Counted from the stretch's first letter, positions 26,001-37,118 are shown. The stretch: 64,000 bases of DNA from Bispira polyomma (GCA_965649765.1 OZ287758.1:42470001-42534000); one strand, 5' to 3'. Numbers and translations are program-made. The notes: generated from the letters alone by a model not told the origin.

Positions 26001-28922
26001 AAGAGTGGTTTACACAAAGGTTGTGCACAAAATTACAGAATCTATAATACAGGAACATGTTATTTTTTCATATTTTCACAAATATTGTGAATACTTTAAT
26101 AATATTCTATGATTTTCTTCCTTTATAAAAAGTAGATCAGAATAAAACTTGTACATACGTTTACAAACGATTCCTTAAAACTAAAATTGACCAATTTTTT
26201 TATTTTCAGATATTTGTGTCGATGACTTCATTAGCATTCATTTCGAAAATCAGATGGGTATAAAACTCTCAATTGATGGACCCTTTTCCGGTAACAACCC
26301 AAAACAAATATTGAGAAGATCACCCCAGGACCCACCAATATTGCTCAGCAATTCTGATGGAACTGCTATGCTTATCGCAGAATTTGATGAACCAAAGGAC
26401 ATTGTGAGCTTAGATTTGACAACACACCTTGCTACATATATAGAAGTGAAAATGTTTAACTCTGGTGGTACCGAACTCTTCAGCTTAAAAACTGTAAGTA
26501 AAAGTACTGTTGTAGGTACATTGTTAAGTCATCACCAAGAAGAACCAGCCTAACCAACTTGGTGGCAATTGGATATGACAAACTCATCACCACTGAGACA
26601 TAATTACTATTATGAAATTATTTTTTGCAGTAAAGTTGAATTCTACAAATTGCATGCCACAATTTAGATATGTAACTACACTATGGTGCAGAAATATAAA
26701 CAGAATTTATGCAATAAGCTAAAATAAATTTAATATTGCATTTTACTTGCCGAAAGTCGCTGGTTTACCTCTAGCTCTGAGACTGCCCATTGTGATACGA
26801 CCTTTACCATTTGTTGAAAACGACCCAAAATAAATATCAAATCAATTAAATCTTTCGTAAACTATTTTCATCTGCAACTCAATACAAGGTTCTGTATTTA
26901 CACATTAAAGATGTTTCCTATACATCGTTATGTAATTTGTTTGTTAGATTGGTTCCAAGTTCGGTTGTGCTTGGTTTGCTTAGTTAACAAGTTATGCATA
27001 TGCGTTTAACAAGAAGAACATTCCCTGAATGAGCGATTTACAGTTTCCTTATAATAGTTTAGTGTGACAATTACGGAACATTATGCATTCATACACAGGA
27101 CCCTATTAATCCACTACAAACCTCCACAACCGAAATAGATGCCACTTTGGTTCGAGGCGTTACAAGGCTGGAGTTTAGATTTGGCTATGATTCTAATGAA
27201 CTGCAGGTGTCAAGGCTCAGAATTGTCATTTGTGAGGAGGAAGGTAAGCCAAATAGTAATACACCCTATAATAAAGATATATACACTGTGGATAAAATGA
27301 TAGGTTCACCCCCTAATATTGATTTTGTAATTAATGTATTGAACCATTAAGAGAATGTGTTTTATAATAATAAAGCAAGAATGTATTTTATTAAATCTCA
27401 TTTTAATTTTATTAAAAGCCATTTTATTAGTTTGTTAAAGTAATTGTGCCAAAGTCTCAAGCCTTCACAATAGGTGCCATACTTAGAATGATGCCTTGAG
27501 CAGAGGGTCTGTAATATTATTGTAGTAAATGTAACCACTGTTCCTGTCAAGCTTGTTATAGTTTATTAAATTTAAAGATCACTTTTATTGATGGAGTTCA
27601 GACAAAGCAATTAAATTACTAATAATATGTTATTATTACATTGTTGGATGTACTTTACATTTCTAATACTAGAATATTATTTACATTTCTAAAGAAGAAT
27701 AACGAGACCAAATTTGTTAATTATTTAGCATTATTAAACAAAGTCTTGATACTATTTTTAAAGAAAAAGTAAATTTGATCTGTGGTAAAAAATTACAATA
27801 ACTGTATCTGCAAGTCCATACCCAGTTAATGTTTTTTTGTTTTTTTTTGTACATATACTCTGAAAAAAATATAAATGTTATCTAAATATTTAATAAATAA
27901 TACATGTCTATTAAAGTCCATATTTAGTAAATGCTAAATTTATTCTGTACATTTTGAAACTATGTTGCTATGTGGACCAGTTTATACATTTATACGGTAA
28001 GTAAAACCTTTTACCTATATTGTTTGTCTGGAGAGAAACAGAATCAGACGTGAATGTTGGCGAAAATGATGTGAATGAATAAAAGTGAATGGAATATGTG
28101 GATTACTCTGTGTTATATGTCAGCGTGTTTTACTTTATTAGGTAGTTTTAATCTGTCTGTGTATCTGCTGGTGAATGTTGTTAGATGTATGGCTTATGGT
28201 TAGATGTATGGCTTATCATGTGTAGACCTGTAAAGGTTACTGTTCAAACAGATTCTTTGTTGGTATACAAAAATATTGCTATAAAGTTTTAAATAGTTGT
28301 CAATGCATCACTACTATTATTAGTGATTTAACCAGAAAACTATGTTATTTGTGTATAGTGAATTTGTTGTTTAATTAGCAGCAGGTTACTCATCTGTCAT
28401 CTAGATACACACAGTCACACCTTGCTGATGGAAGCTGCGATCGTCTGTGAACACTTTTGGTATGAATACTAATGGCCACCCGATTGATTAACTTAAATTA
28501 GATCAGTCCGGGTTTCACGTTGCTTAAAACATGTCTTGTATGTGATCACATCACACAAGTGACAGTTCACTGGCAAAGGAAGTTAAAACTCGGTAGTTTG
28601 TCAAGGTTTTCTTCTCTGCAAACCACCAGCTTTCAGCAAGTGTACTGCTAACCTTACCCCATGCGTTAGCTGATACTTGAACCCACCCACACCAGTGTGG
28701 AATCACTGTACCACCAACACCCCACATCCATTAAAAGATTAAGGAAGATTACTTATCTTGCTTTTCATCCGTCTCTTGCTTATTTTGTCATGGTAACAAA
28801 TAAATTTAATTTGAAAACGAATAAGTATGCCCACCACCTTGGTTGGGAGTTTTCTGTTCATTTACTGAATAACATGTATCACTAACCAAATTTTATTTGC
28901 AGGTTTGTCACGACAGTTGTAA
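1946..28922 (+). CDS. Giant mucin-like secreted glycoprotein, 5'-partial, ~4,100 aa in window: Cys-bounded discoidin/galactose-binding-like domains alternating with Pro-Thr tracts
   Basis: Manual model: join(1946-2069,3186-3330,4573-5126,5302-5467,5914-6182,6454-7071,7247-7412,7859-8127,8397-9872,10048-10213,10659-10927,11197-12672,12848-13013,13460-13728,13998-15209,15385-15550,15997-16265,16535-19700,19892-20044,20615-20730,22718-22880,23299-23585,24656-24833,26210-26493,27099-27243,28903-28922). All junctions are AG/GT, phases match throughout and there is no internal stop. The 4573 acceptor and the last exon are the least certain. The first visible exon starts in phase 2, so the N-terminus is outside the window. 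Confidence 0.8.
2193..2425 (+). mobile_element. tRNA-derived SINE (family 1)
   Basis: A-box taaccgagtgg, tRNA-like ttggtctggtgatcacaaggtccccagtttgactcc, LINE-like tail gggcgctgtataaatctgttatattatt; related copy at ~30737. Confidence 0.6.
2655..2748. mobile_element. Small MITE (PIF/Harbinger-like TIRs)
   Basis: Imperfect TIRs gggacagtattcacaaa ... tctgtgactactgaccc. Confidence 0.45.
2905..3040 (-). mobile_element. L2/CR1-group LINE 3' tail fragment
   Basis: Reverse complement resembles 31770-31835 (ccttgccctacgacctggctat vs ccttccttatgacctggctat). Confidence 0.5.
3186..3330 (+). CDS. Mucin-like gene exon (domain D0, C-terminal half)
   Basis: ctttcag / gtgagt; [48 protein letters not shown]; phase 0 to 1. 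Confidence 0.8.
4573..5126 (+). CDS. Mucin-like gene exon A1 (short PT tract + first half of domain A)
   Basis: Donor gtaagt at 5127; the acceptor is uncertain (several phase-1 AGs between 4572 and 4599); [18 protein letters not shown]-(PT)78[10 protein letters not shown]...VIVMPED. Confidence 0.65.
5302..5467 (+). CDS. Exon B1 (second half of domain A)
   Basis: ttttag / gtaagt; [55 protein letters not shown]; phase 0 to 1. Confidence 0.85.
5914..6182 (+). CDS. Exon C1 (first half of domain B)
   Basis: aaacag / gtaaga; [26 protein letters not shown]...[38 protein letters not shown]; phase 1 to 0. Confidence 0.85.
6454..7071 (+). CDS. Exon A2 (domain B end + 68-aa PT tract + domain A start)
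   Basis: tttcag / gtaagt; [20 protein letters not shown]...FFVCVS-PT-ICPNKT...TPED; 206 codons. Confidence 0.85.
7247..7412 (+). CDS. Exon B2
   Basis: Near-identical copy of B1 with the same splice sites. Confidence 0.85.
7859..8127 (+). CDS. Exon C2
   Basis: Near-identical copy of C1. Confidence 0.85.
8397..9872 (+). CDS. Exon A3 (354-aa PT tract)
   Basis: Same splice sites as A2; 492 codons. Confidence 0.85.
10048..10213 (+). CDS. Exon B3
   Basis: Copy of B1. Confidence 0.85.
10659..10927 (+). CDS. Exon C3
   Basis: Copy of C1. Confidence 0.85.
11197..12672 (+). CDS. Exon A4 (354-aa PT tract)
   Basis: Translation identical to A3, offset 2800 bp. Confidence 0.85.
12848..13013 (+). CDS. 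Exon B4
   Basis: Copy of B1. Confidence 0.85.
13460..13728 (+). CDS. Exon C4
   Basis: Copy of C1. Confidence 0.85.
13998..15209 (+). CDS. Exon A5 (266-aa PT tract)
   Basis: As A3 but 264 bp (88 aa) shorter. Confidence 0.85.
15385..15550 (+). CDS. Exon B5
   Basis: Copy of B1. Confidence 0.85.
15997..16265 (+). CDS. Exon C5
   Basis: Copy of C1. Confidence 0.85.
16535..19700 (+). CDS. Exon A6 (domain B end + ~1,000-aa PT mucin tract)
   Basis: tttcag acceptor; ends EPTTTLGGP with cag/gtatat donor; phase 0 to 1; covered by the 1056-aa ORF in the track. Confidence 0.85.
16682..19687 (+). repeat. Coding minisatellite (24-bp PTPTPAPV unit, higher-order repeats, terminal (PT)n tract)
   Basis: ccaactcctactccagcacccgta units; 17161-17940 is repeated at 17941-18720; pure PT dipeptide run at ~19393-19600. 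Shorter tracts at 4626-4859, 6601-6804, 8544-9605, 11344-12405 and 14145-14942. Confidence 0.97.
19892..20044 (+). CDS. Mucin-like gene exon (unique domain D1, part 1)
   Basis: tctacag / gtatgg; [51 protein letters not shown]; phase 1 to 1. Confidence 0.75.
20615..20730 (+). CDS. Mucin-like gene exon (D1, part 2)
   Basis: caacag / gtgagt; [39 protein letters not shown]; phase 1 to 0. Confidence 0.75.
20988..21126. repeat. ~140-bp imperfect palindrome (non-autonomous DNA element remnant)
   Basis: aatgtgattttgtagggtgttacaagttttaagc pairs with gctaaaaactgtaacgcctgtacaaaatcacatt; core cagccaaagggctgttaggcccgaggactg. Confidence 0.7.
22718..22880 (+). CDS. Mucin-like gene exon (D1, part 3)
   Basis: ttcttag / gtaagt; [54 protein letters not shown]; phase 0 to 1. 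Confidence 0.8.
23299..23585 (+). CDS. Mucin-like gene exon (D2, first half)
   Basis: ttttcag / gtaagt; [17 protein letters not shown]...[40 protein letters not shown]; phase 1 to 0. Confidence 0.8.
23891..24237 (+). mobile_element. tRNA-derived SINE with CORE-like central domain (family 2)
   Basis: A-box tgcctaatggttagag, B-box ggttcgatcc, CORE-like cccttagacaaggtgctttac...ctacccaggtgtagaaatgggtag, (ACATTT)n tail. Confidence 0.75.
24656..24833 (+). CDS. Mucin-like gene exon (D2, second half)
   Basis: ttccag / gtatac (alternative phase-1 donor gtgaga at 24804); [17 protein letters not shown]...[21 protein letters not shown]. Confidence 0.75.
25395..25730 (+). mobile_element. Second, older copy of SINE family 2
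   Basis: Aligns with 23891-24237 (ccttaggcaaggtacttcac, aaatgggtacc, acccaggctgggggtg, gacctcaat...atcagact). Confidence 0.75.
26210..26493 (+). CDS. Mucin-like gene exon (D3, first half)
   Basis: ttttcag / gtaagt; [17 protein letters not shown]...[41 protein letters not shown]; phase 1 to 0. Confidence 0.8.
27099..27243 (+). CDS. Mucin-like gene exon (D3, second half)
   Basis: cacag / gtaagc; [48 protein letters not shown]; phase 0 to 1. Confidence 0.8.
28903..28922 (+). CDS. Putative terminal coding exon (GLSRQL*)
   Basis: Branch-like actaac followed by ttttatttgcag acceptor; phase 1; stop TAA at 28920-28922; AATAAA motifs at ~29624-29633. Confidence 0.45.
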
Positions 28923-30736
28923 AATTAATAGATATATATTGGTATGAAAATTATATTGATGTTTTATCAACACTGTAGCTTAGTCGATTGTCTATTTTTT
29001 TTCTATTCTAAGTTTGTTTCTACAGTAATTCACCTTGTGGTAAAAATGACCAGATTAACTTTTATAATGGTGGTACCATAATCCATATTGATGTCATGTG
29101 TGGAGTGTTCATGACGCTTGCAGATGTAACCACCTGGCTTTACCCCAAGAGATACGTGAGCTAGTAAAAATTAATATACACTCAGCTCAAACGCATACTC
29201 AATTCAAAATTCCGGATTATCTATATCTCTGGTTACCGTAAACATATGTAAAATCTTCATGTTTCAATTCAGTGTTGAAACTCTGTTAAAATGAATGGTC
29301 ACAAGTATCACAAGTATAGGTTTTTTCCATGTACAGTAATTTACCCACAGACTATATTTGAGTAAAGTATGTGTTTAAGCTTGAGTTTATTTCAGGAATA
29401 CCAGCCCTGGTATATACTATTTGTGGAGAGAACATCAGTATATGTTGGGATTCACATTCATGTTTTCTCTTATGATAATAGAGCACATTCATTTAAGCCC
29501 CAAACTGTACTCTATTTTTAAATGGAGAACACTAACCTGTACATTAACTGACTTGGATTACACCCCAACAAGTATACCTATTTGTGTGTGTTATATACCA
29601 TTTCTTTTATGGGGTTTTCATGAAATAAATAAAGCGTGCACCCTCTCAGAAGAGTAGACACTTGACTTTTTTAAATGGAAAACCCCCAAGGTGTAATTTA
29701 ATGATTAATAAAAACCAATGAAACCCTCCTTACTTAGGGGCTTTTCTTGATTTTTGTATATTGCCAGATTTATTTCATATAAATTTTATCTGTATAAAAA
29801 TATTAGCAATTTCATACCAGCTATTCCGAAATTTATTACTATCAACATACAATATATTAACGTATGTCTTTTATGTCAGAATCACTTGTGCATGTGGGGT
29901 TTTTTGGGGTTTTTTTTTCAGATTTAATTGTATATCATTAAAGATTACATTTTAGCATAATTTTAGTATGTACTTGTTACTGTTATATTATGTATCTATT
30001 GATGACTTCTATGCAAGCTATTGGAGAAAGACATAAATTAGTGTATTTCTGTTTCATAAATGCATATTATACATGTAGTTTAATTTCTGCTCTGTTATAA
30101 AAAGGACAGCTATAATCAAACCTATGTTACTAACAAATAACTGTACTGGTCTTAACTGTTTTATGTTGCATGTTCCATCTATGATACAGAATTGTATCAA
30201 GCCTATTCAATAACAACTGCAATTATTTGGGTCTGTTTCGGTCTTGTGTTTCACGTCTGTGTTTTCTTGTTTATATGCATATTTGTTTTATTTTTGTATT
30301 CAGTATTTTATGTGTACTTACTTAAGTGTATGTAGACTTATGCTCAAGCGACTATGCTTGTCAACACTAACAGTGTCTATAACAACATTGAAACCGGTAT
30401 GGAACATTGGTAAATGGGTAAACATAGTAGGTTGGTTGTCATAAAGCGAGTCAATTCTTTAACTCCTACTGGGTTGTTCAAAATATGTTATTTGATTTAA
30501 TACTTTATTTTTGATATTCTTACTGATTCAACAAATAATTTTTAATTGTAGTTTTGAAAGATCGACCCACTTTATGTTAACCCGTGTATATGTTTATTAG
30601 TGTATATCCCTTCTAGCTGCAACATCTGTGATGAGATATTACTTTGATCAAAGTGTCTTTTGTCACAATTCCATACAATTTGGTCCACCATAATGACACT
30701 GATACAGATACTGTAATGTTGCTCATTATAGTCATC

Positions 30737-30945
30737 TGTGGCCTAGTGGTTAGTAACTTTGGTCTGGTGATGAGAAGGTCCCTAGTTCTACTTCCAGTAA
30801 CACCATAATGGTTACTGGGGGATAAAATACATTAATGATGACCAATGCTATGGTATAAGATTATGCATTTTCCAGTACTGTCAATGATGCGACACTTTAA
30901 AAGATGCTTGGCATTGAGTAGGCACATAAAATCCTTATTACCATT
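30737..30945 (+). mobile_element. SINE family 1 copy
   Basis: tggcctagtggttag...ttggtctggtgatgagaaggtccctagttc...ataatggttactgggggataa, similar to 2193-2330. Confidence 0.55.
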
Positions 30946-31479
30946 ATATACATTAATTAATAGGAAGGAATGCATTAATGCAGTCACATACCCATACATC
31001 TGATGTGTGTATTTTAACTAGTAAGTACAGCATTCGAGTTGAGTAGATCAACAATTCAAACTTGTCTCAGATGAACTGCACTCCCTCCCAATTCTGCATT
31101 TTTAGTGCTCATTGTTTATGAAGTTTAATAATGAAATGATATAATTGCATTAAGTATATCGACTCGTGTTACCAATTAATAGCTCAAAATATACCAAAAG
31201 GTCTTTACTTTAGGTATATCCATAAAATATACCAGATAAAAAACTCTACACCCAGGAATTTTGCTAGACGTTTCTGGAGTTTAGTATCTGCTATCTATCA
31301 GGAACAACACTATAGCAATGATAAAAGAGTACATGGAACTTGAAGAACTGCAATTATCTGAACAAATGACTTCAGCATCTGCAAATATCTACTTCAACTG
31401 TTCACATTCATCTTAACTCTGGCTACATACAATAGCCTTGATATGGGCTCGAGATTACAGCAGGCCAAAGAAAATCAAC

Positions 31480-31950
31480 TCTAACCAAAACTGTTGAGAT
31501 GCCCTTGTATGTGCCAGGTTGAACATCCATGTCATGACTTTCAAATATATTGTCTCTCAACAGCCCTCCTACCTTGCTACTCGTCTTTCCTTCTGTAACC
31601 TCAAGAAAGGAAATGAACGTTTTGTTTTCTCTGGAAAACCCACCAAGAGGGCTGGATCTAGAGCTTTCTCTGTTGCTGCCACTTTCTTATGGAATAGTGT
31701 CCCAGTTGAGTTTAGGTCAATAGAAACAAATTTTGGGGATGAGGAGCAAACTTAAAACCTATCTCTTTAACCTTGCTCACCACTCTTAGTTCCTTTGTGC
31801 TACAGCCCCATATCCTTCCTTATGACCTGGCTATGTCTGTTTTTTTGTTTGTTTTTGTTTTTGTTTTTTTGGCTTCTTGGTCGTTTAATTGTTGGATGCA
31901 CTTTAAAAGATGCCTTGCATCAATAAGGGGCACTGAAAATCCAAAATACC
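31480..31950 (+). mobile_element. L2/CR1-group LINE 3' fragment
   Basis: KPTKRAGSRAFSVAATFLWNSVPVEFRSI...LKTYLFNLA followed by a 3' UTR. Confidence 0.8.
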
Positions 31951-32629
31951 ATACAGTATGTGGAAAAAGGCCGTACTTGTAGATATTCATTTTAATAGAG
32001 CATTGATCGCTGACTTCAGCCCTTGCCTTTTTCGCAATACATACAGCCTTCTACTAAGGCTACACGTACACTGATAAAGCCTGTATCCTCAGAAGAGATG
32101 AGCAAACATAGACAGTATGTGGGAAATACGAAATGATGCACTTTGTTAATCATTCTTATCCCCCATTTAATTTGGCCCTTGGTAGGACTGCCTTTCATGA
32201 GTTCTCTAACTAAACATGAAATATGCATTAGGAGTAAAATGAAAGATGTGAATTGACTAGCTGCTAAATACGGAATTCTCAAGAAAGATATACAAAGGCA
32301 AGCGTATACAACATATATAAAAAAATTATTATAGAACTATTCCGTGACCAAGCTTACAAAAAGGAATTCCTGAAAATATCATGATATTCCATATGCTGTA
32401 CGGTTTTATACTGTACCTTTTTAGCTAAAATAGATCTACATGTTTAAACATGTAGAATAGATACTTCCGAGTTTTCAACTTAAACTAAAATAATTGTTTC
32501 AGTGTTTTATTATTTGTTAGTTTGCAGATCAAAAGCAACAAAATATATAACGACTGTTACTTTTTTTCGAATTTTAGGCAAACAATGATTCAAAAATACA
32601 GTATCTACTACTAACTTAGGAATGAAAAT

Positions 32630-32980
32630 ATCCTAGGTTCGAGCCCCACATACCTAATTGAGCTGGGTATAGGCAGATTCACTTTGATTCCTAAATAAAA
32701 TAGTGGTCCCTGTGCCATTGGGTCCTATTCCTAGTGGCAAGCAAAATAACCTTGGGGAATTTGATAAATGGCCATCCACAAGCTTCTGTCTTCAGTTAGG
32801 GAAGTGGTCTTTGGTTGCGCTGTGCTAACACACTCGCCTCCCCCTCTATGGTCCCTGGTAGTTACTTGCTGATAGTTGCTGGTTTACAGTGTAGAATCTT
32901 GACTACCTAGTATGCACTGTTTTGCCCTAGCACTGAAACTGCCTGTTGTTGTGTGGAAAGCAACATTAAACCCAAGTCAA
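32630..32980 (+). mobile_element. Probable 5'-truncated SINE
   Basis: B-box ggttcgagccc, GC-richer body, ttaaacccaa-type tail; single copy in window. Confidence 0.35.
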
Positions 32981-33438
32981 AGTCACTTAGGGGAGTGACT
33001 CTTACTGGTTGTTGGTTGGTTGTGCTGAGTAAGTCAAGAAAAGGCAAATTAGCGCTTTAAATAGAACAGCAACAATTTTTTTACATTCTTGAAGAAAAAT
33101 ACTAACCTTTTTATACCTTGCTAATGCAATAAAGTATAAATAGAGTTAATAAATCCAAGAGCCAAGATTCAATTCATCTTAAGTCTAGATTACATAAATT
33201 GTTTCAGTTATTTCAAATACTTTCATTTAAATTTGTAAAATTTATCTGGAGTTATACCTTTTGAAGTACCAGCACCTGGCATCAAGAACAGAACTACCAG
33301 AGAGTGCATTCACATTCATTCTTAGAACACAATTCTCCAATCAGATTCTTTGAAGCAAGTAAAAATCAGTTCTATTAAATTTCTAAAACACTGGTAATGA
33401 GTGAAAAATACTTTTTAGCTAAAATTGTGACTGATACA

Positions 33439-33454
<16 letters not shown>

Positions 33455-33472
<18 letters not shown>

Positions 33473-33621
33473 AGGTCAGACCACTAATGGAAGGTCATTT
33501 GCACTTCTCCTTTGCACAACAATAGCCTACTGTGATGATATATATATATATGTACAAGGTCAGACCACTAATGGAAGGTCATTTGCACTTCTCCTTTGCA
33601 CAACAATAGCCCACTGTGATG
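33455..33621 (+). repeat. Direct tandem duplication, 2 x ~83 bp, each starting with (TA)n
   Basis: tgtacaaggtcagaccactaatggaaggtcatttgcacttctcctttgcacaacaatagcc occurs twice. Confidence 0.95.
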
Positions 33622-35679
33622 TATTATTATACATAGACTCACTTCCAGGTCTTCCTTGTCTTATCGTTTCTTTCTTTTCATCCCTCAGTGTTATTATTAC
33701 ACACACAATGGGAGGAGTGTGGTTAGAGTTTTCTGGATGGCCTAGGGAGTAAGTAGATTTATTGTAACAGCTGTCTCTAATCTGGATAGGGAGTACATGG
33801 ATTTATGATGGAGGAGCTGGTTTATGGTAAGTACAGCCTCAATTTTGTTGTGTTTTTTTACCCCTATAGAATTGATTCTGTGATTTCTTACAGTATTGTA
33901 TTTATCTTTTACTACAAATGAACTAAAATGGCATGATTTATATTATTATATTATTAGAAATATTATTCTTGAAGACTATTGGTTAACCTTAGTCCTTTTT
34001 CTGCATAGCTCACCCTAATCTGGATATGAATACATAGATTCATTATAGAGGAGCTTGGTTTCGGGTAAGTACAGTCTCAAAGCTTGTTTTTTTTTCTTGT
34101 CCTAAACTATTATTTAGTTTGTGATTTTAGGTTCCTACTTCCTAAGTATTTTATTACCAGGTCAATAAAACCTATATTTTAGTTATTATCTATTGGAATA
34201 GATTATTATATATATTTATTATTATATTATATGTTAACAAGCTCAAGTTGAGACTGTAGATGCCCTGTGACATGTTCCATATTTGGGGTCATAAGTTTTC
34301 TGTAATACATGAAACTGAAACCGAAATGATAGAATGGAAAAAGCAAAAAAATATTCCCATTCCCAAGGAGCTTAGAAAATACCACATGTTTATCAAGATC
34401 GACTGTGTGATTAAATTTAAGTTGGTGTCTTATTCAAAGCAACAGGTTACATACAATATCTGGTTCACGTTTAATCTACATTTGTTCTGCTACAGTTCAT
34501 GACCATTCCATATTATTTGAGAGAAAAATAGTTGCCTTGACGTGTTGGCGTCTTTATAGCAGTTCTCAATACAGCATTGATGCCAACAGAACCATTCCAG
34601 AAAATTGTTTGACTTAAGCTTTAAATTTGGGGGGCTTTTTTGACTGAAAACATTACTCTAATATGAAAAATTTACACCGGTAATGAAACTAAAATGAATC
34701 CTACTTCTGAATGCTGGTTGTAATGCTATGTTGAAGTATGTAGTTTATTTTCTTAAGACAAGCAGTTTGAACATAATTTTTGAGAGTTGAGGTTTTTGGG
34801 TAGATTTTGATGTTTTTTTTTGTCCTATACATACAATCCCTGGGACCTTGACCAAGTTAAGGCTATATCTGGTGTACCGATAAGAGCAAACAGTTGTGTT
34901 AAAAATACACACCAGGTGTGCCTGTGTATATATGAGTGCTGTACAGCTCTAAGTACTTTGTACACAAATTGCTCCCAGTGGGAGGTGTACAGTGAGAGCA
35001 AACAATGTATAATGCTGCTGTATGGTATCTAATAAAAGCCCACACTCTGGGCAACAAATTGTTTTTCCACTGAAAAGTGGACAAATGACATGGTGTTTTC
35101 ATCAGCATATACAAGTTGAACTTACAAGGAAATATAAATTTCGACATACTACTTACTGAAATATTTGTGTATTTAGAACTACATGTACTTATTCTATCAT
35201 TAATATCTCTGAAATTCAAAGGCACCAAATCAATGACTTTATTGCACATTGGTCTATTGATGGGCATTTAAAGAAACTGCCGTATTGTCTGAAAACAAAA
35301 CCCACACCATAAAGACGCCTTTGTGAAGGGACTACTTACCCAACGAATAGGTAAATGGGTTGGTGGTTTTAGGCTTTTTGTAAAAATAAATTGTTACTGT
35401 TTTACTGTAACATTTAATCGAATTATAATAATAATTAATATTTTAGTTCTTTTACAGTTCACAGTTACTTTACTTGTGCCAAAAAGTCTGAATATATATT
35501 AACTGTAAATAGTTAAACTTAAGGGTTGTTATTACACATTGTATTTGCGATTAAATTTTACAGAACATAACATGAAATCTCTTAACAAACCTACTCTTAT
35601 TTTGCACCTTCATGACTTATCTTTTAAAGTGTTTTTCAATTGATTCCCAACTCAAATCAAAAGAGTAGGACACTCACTG

Positions 35680-36175
35680 GAAATATGTTGTAGGTTTGTC
35701 TTTCATGGAATGGAAGAAGCTTCCTCCTCAAGTCTGCTCATCCTCATTAAAGGTTTCTCTCAGCAGACACTTTCCTATAGGAACCCTAGTTTGTACCTGG
35801 ACATGTCACCACATTCATGGCTGTAGCATTGCTTCCCTTCTCCCTTTCAGTAATCTGAAGTGAGTTAACAGACTTTCTGATTCTTCTGTTAAACCCACCA
35901 GGAAGAATAGTTCCAGATCTTTCTCTGCTGCAGCCCCCTTGTTATGGAACAGTCTCCCAATTGACCTCAGATCAATTGTAACACTTATAGGTTTTTGTAA
36001 AAACTGAAAACCTATCTTTTTAGCCTCTATTACGCACTTAAGTTCTCTCTTGTACACCCTCACATTTTCCTTACTACCTTGCTTTGTCAAAGGACTATAC
36101 AATTGGCTTACTGATTCTGTTGTTGCATATTAGAAGCATCAACAAAGCGCATTAATAAAGGTATAATAATAATAA
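35680..36175 (+). mobile_element. L2/CR1-group LINE 3' fragment
   Basis: KPTRKNSSRSFSAAAPLLWNSLPIDLRSI...LKTYLFSL; tail gcgcattaataaa...(TAA)n; same family as 31480-31950. Confidence 0.8.
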
Positions 36176-36860
36176 CTATGATATTGGTCAATTATGTGGA
36201 TGTTGTCTCTTAGATGATGCCTGGATATTGTAATGTAATGCAACACCATTCAGAAGAAACAAAAAACTTTAATAACATTTTCCTTATAACAATAACATAT
36301 TGCTTGGCCTAAGTACTCCTGGTACAGAAAACGTTAGCAAAATACTAGTTTTAATACATGTGAGTTATTTAACAACTTGAACACATGGTTGATAACAGGG
36401 TTACAGAAGTTGGGGTTTGAAATGGTTTGCATATAGTTTGTCAGTGTGAAGCTAGCACAAATAGAAGAACATCTCTTTTCCGCCACCAACCCATATTGTA
36501 CCCGTATGTAGTAATATGCTATATATGTATCCTGTATATTTTATGTATTCAAATTATGATACTTGTATTTTTAGGTAATATCATACTGAAAGCACTATTG
36601 TTCTGAGATTGAATGATGAATAACACCTGGACTACAACGCAGATTTCACCCTTTATTTATTGTACCCTTCTGCTGCTCTATGGAAAAAGTCACATTAAAG
36701 TTATGTCTGCAATTTAGAACGGCTGTGGTAACTTCGTGCTGGACAGAACACTATGTTGGAACTATTAAAGGGTTGTGTGAATTTCTAGTGCTGAAATACT
36801 TTAGAAAGTTAGTTATGTAAATTGTATAAATTTTAAATGTAACTTTGTAAACAGACTGGT

Positions 36861-37118
36861 GGGGCCGCGGTGGCCTAGTGGTTAGCAAGCATTGTGCTTC
36901 ACAATCACTGGTCTCTCACCTCTGGGCGGCATGAGTTCGAATCCTGCCAATGCCTATGTGGGAAAGGTGGTAGTTCCTTACTGTGGGCCGCTGGTTTCTC
37001 TGCAGAACTTTGACCGACTGTATGCAGTGTTTCCTCCAGGATTTCCAACTACCCGTCCCAATATAACCCACTAAAAGGTACTACAGTGGACGTTAAATAT
37101 CCAAATTCCAAAAAAAAA
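36861..37118 (+). mobile_element. Full-length tRNA-derived SINE (family 3) with 15-bp TSD
   Basis: ggggccgcggtggcctagtggttag (A-box), gagttcgaatcc (B-box), A-tail; TSD tgtaaa(c/t)agactggt at 36846-36860 and 37119-37133. Confidence 0.9.

Noticed and set aside
36861-36945. Possible tRNA genes here and at 45055, 23891, 39900 and 40470
   Set aside because: A/B boxes are present but there is no proper cloverleaf; each continues into a shared body and tail, two with TSDs, so they are SINE heads
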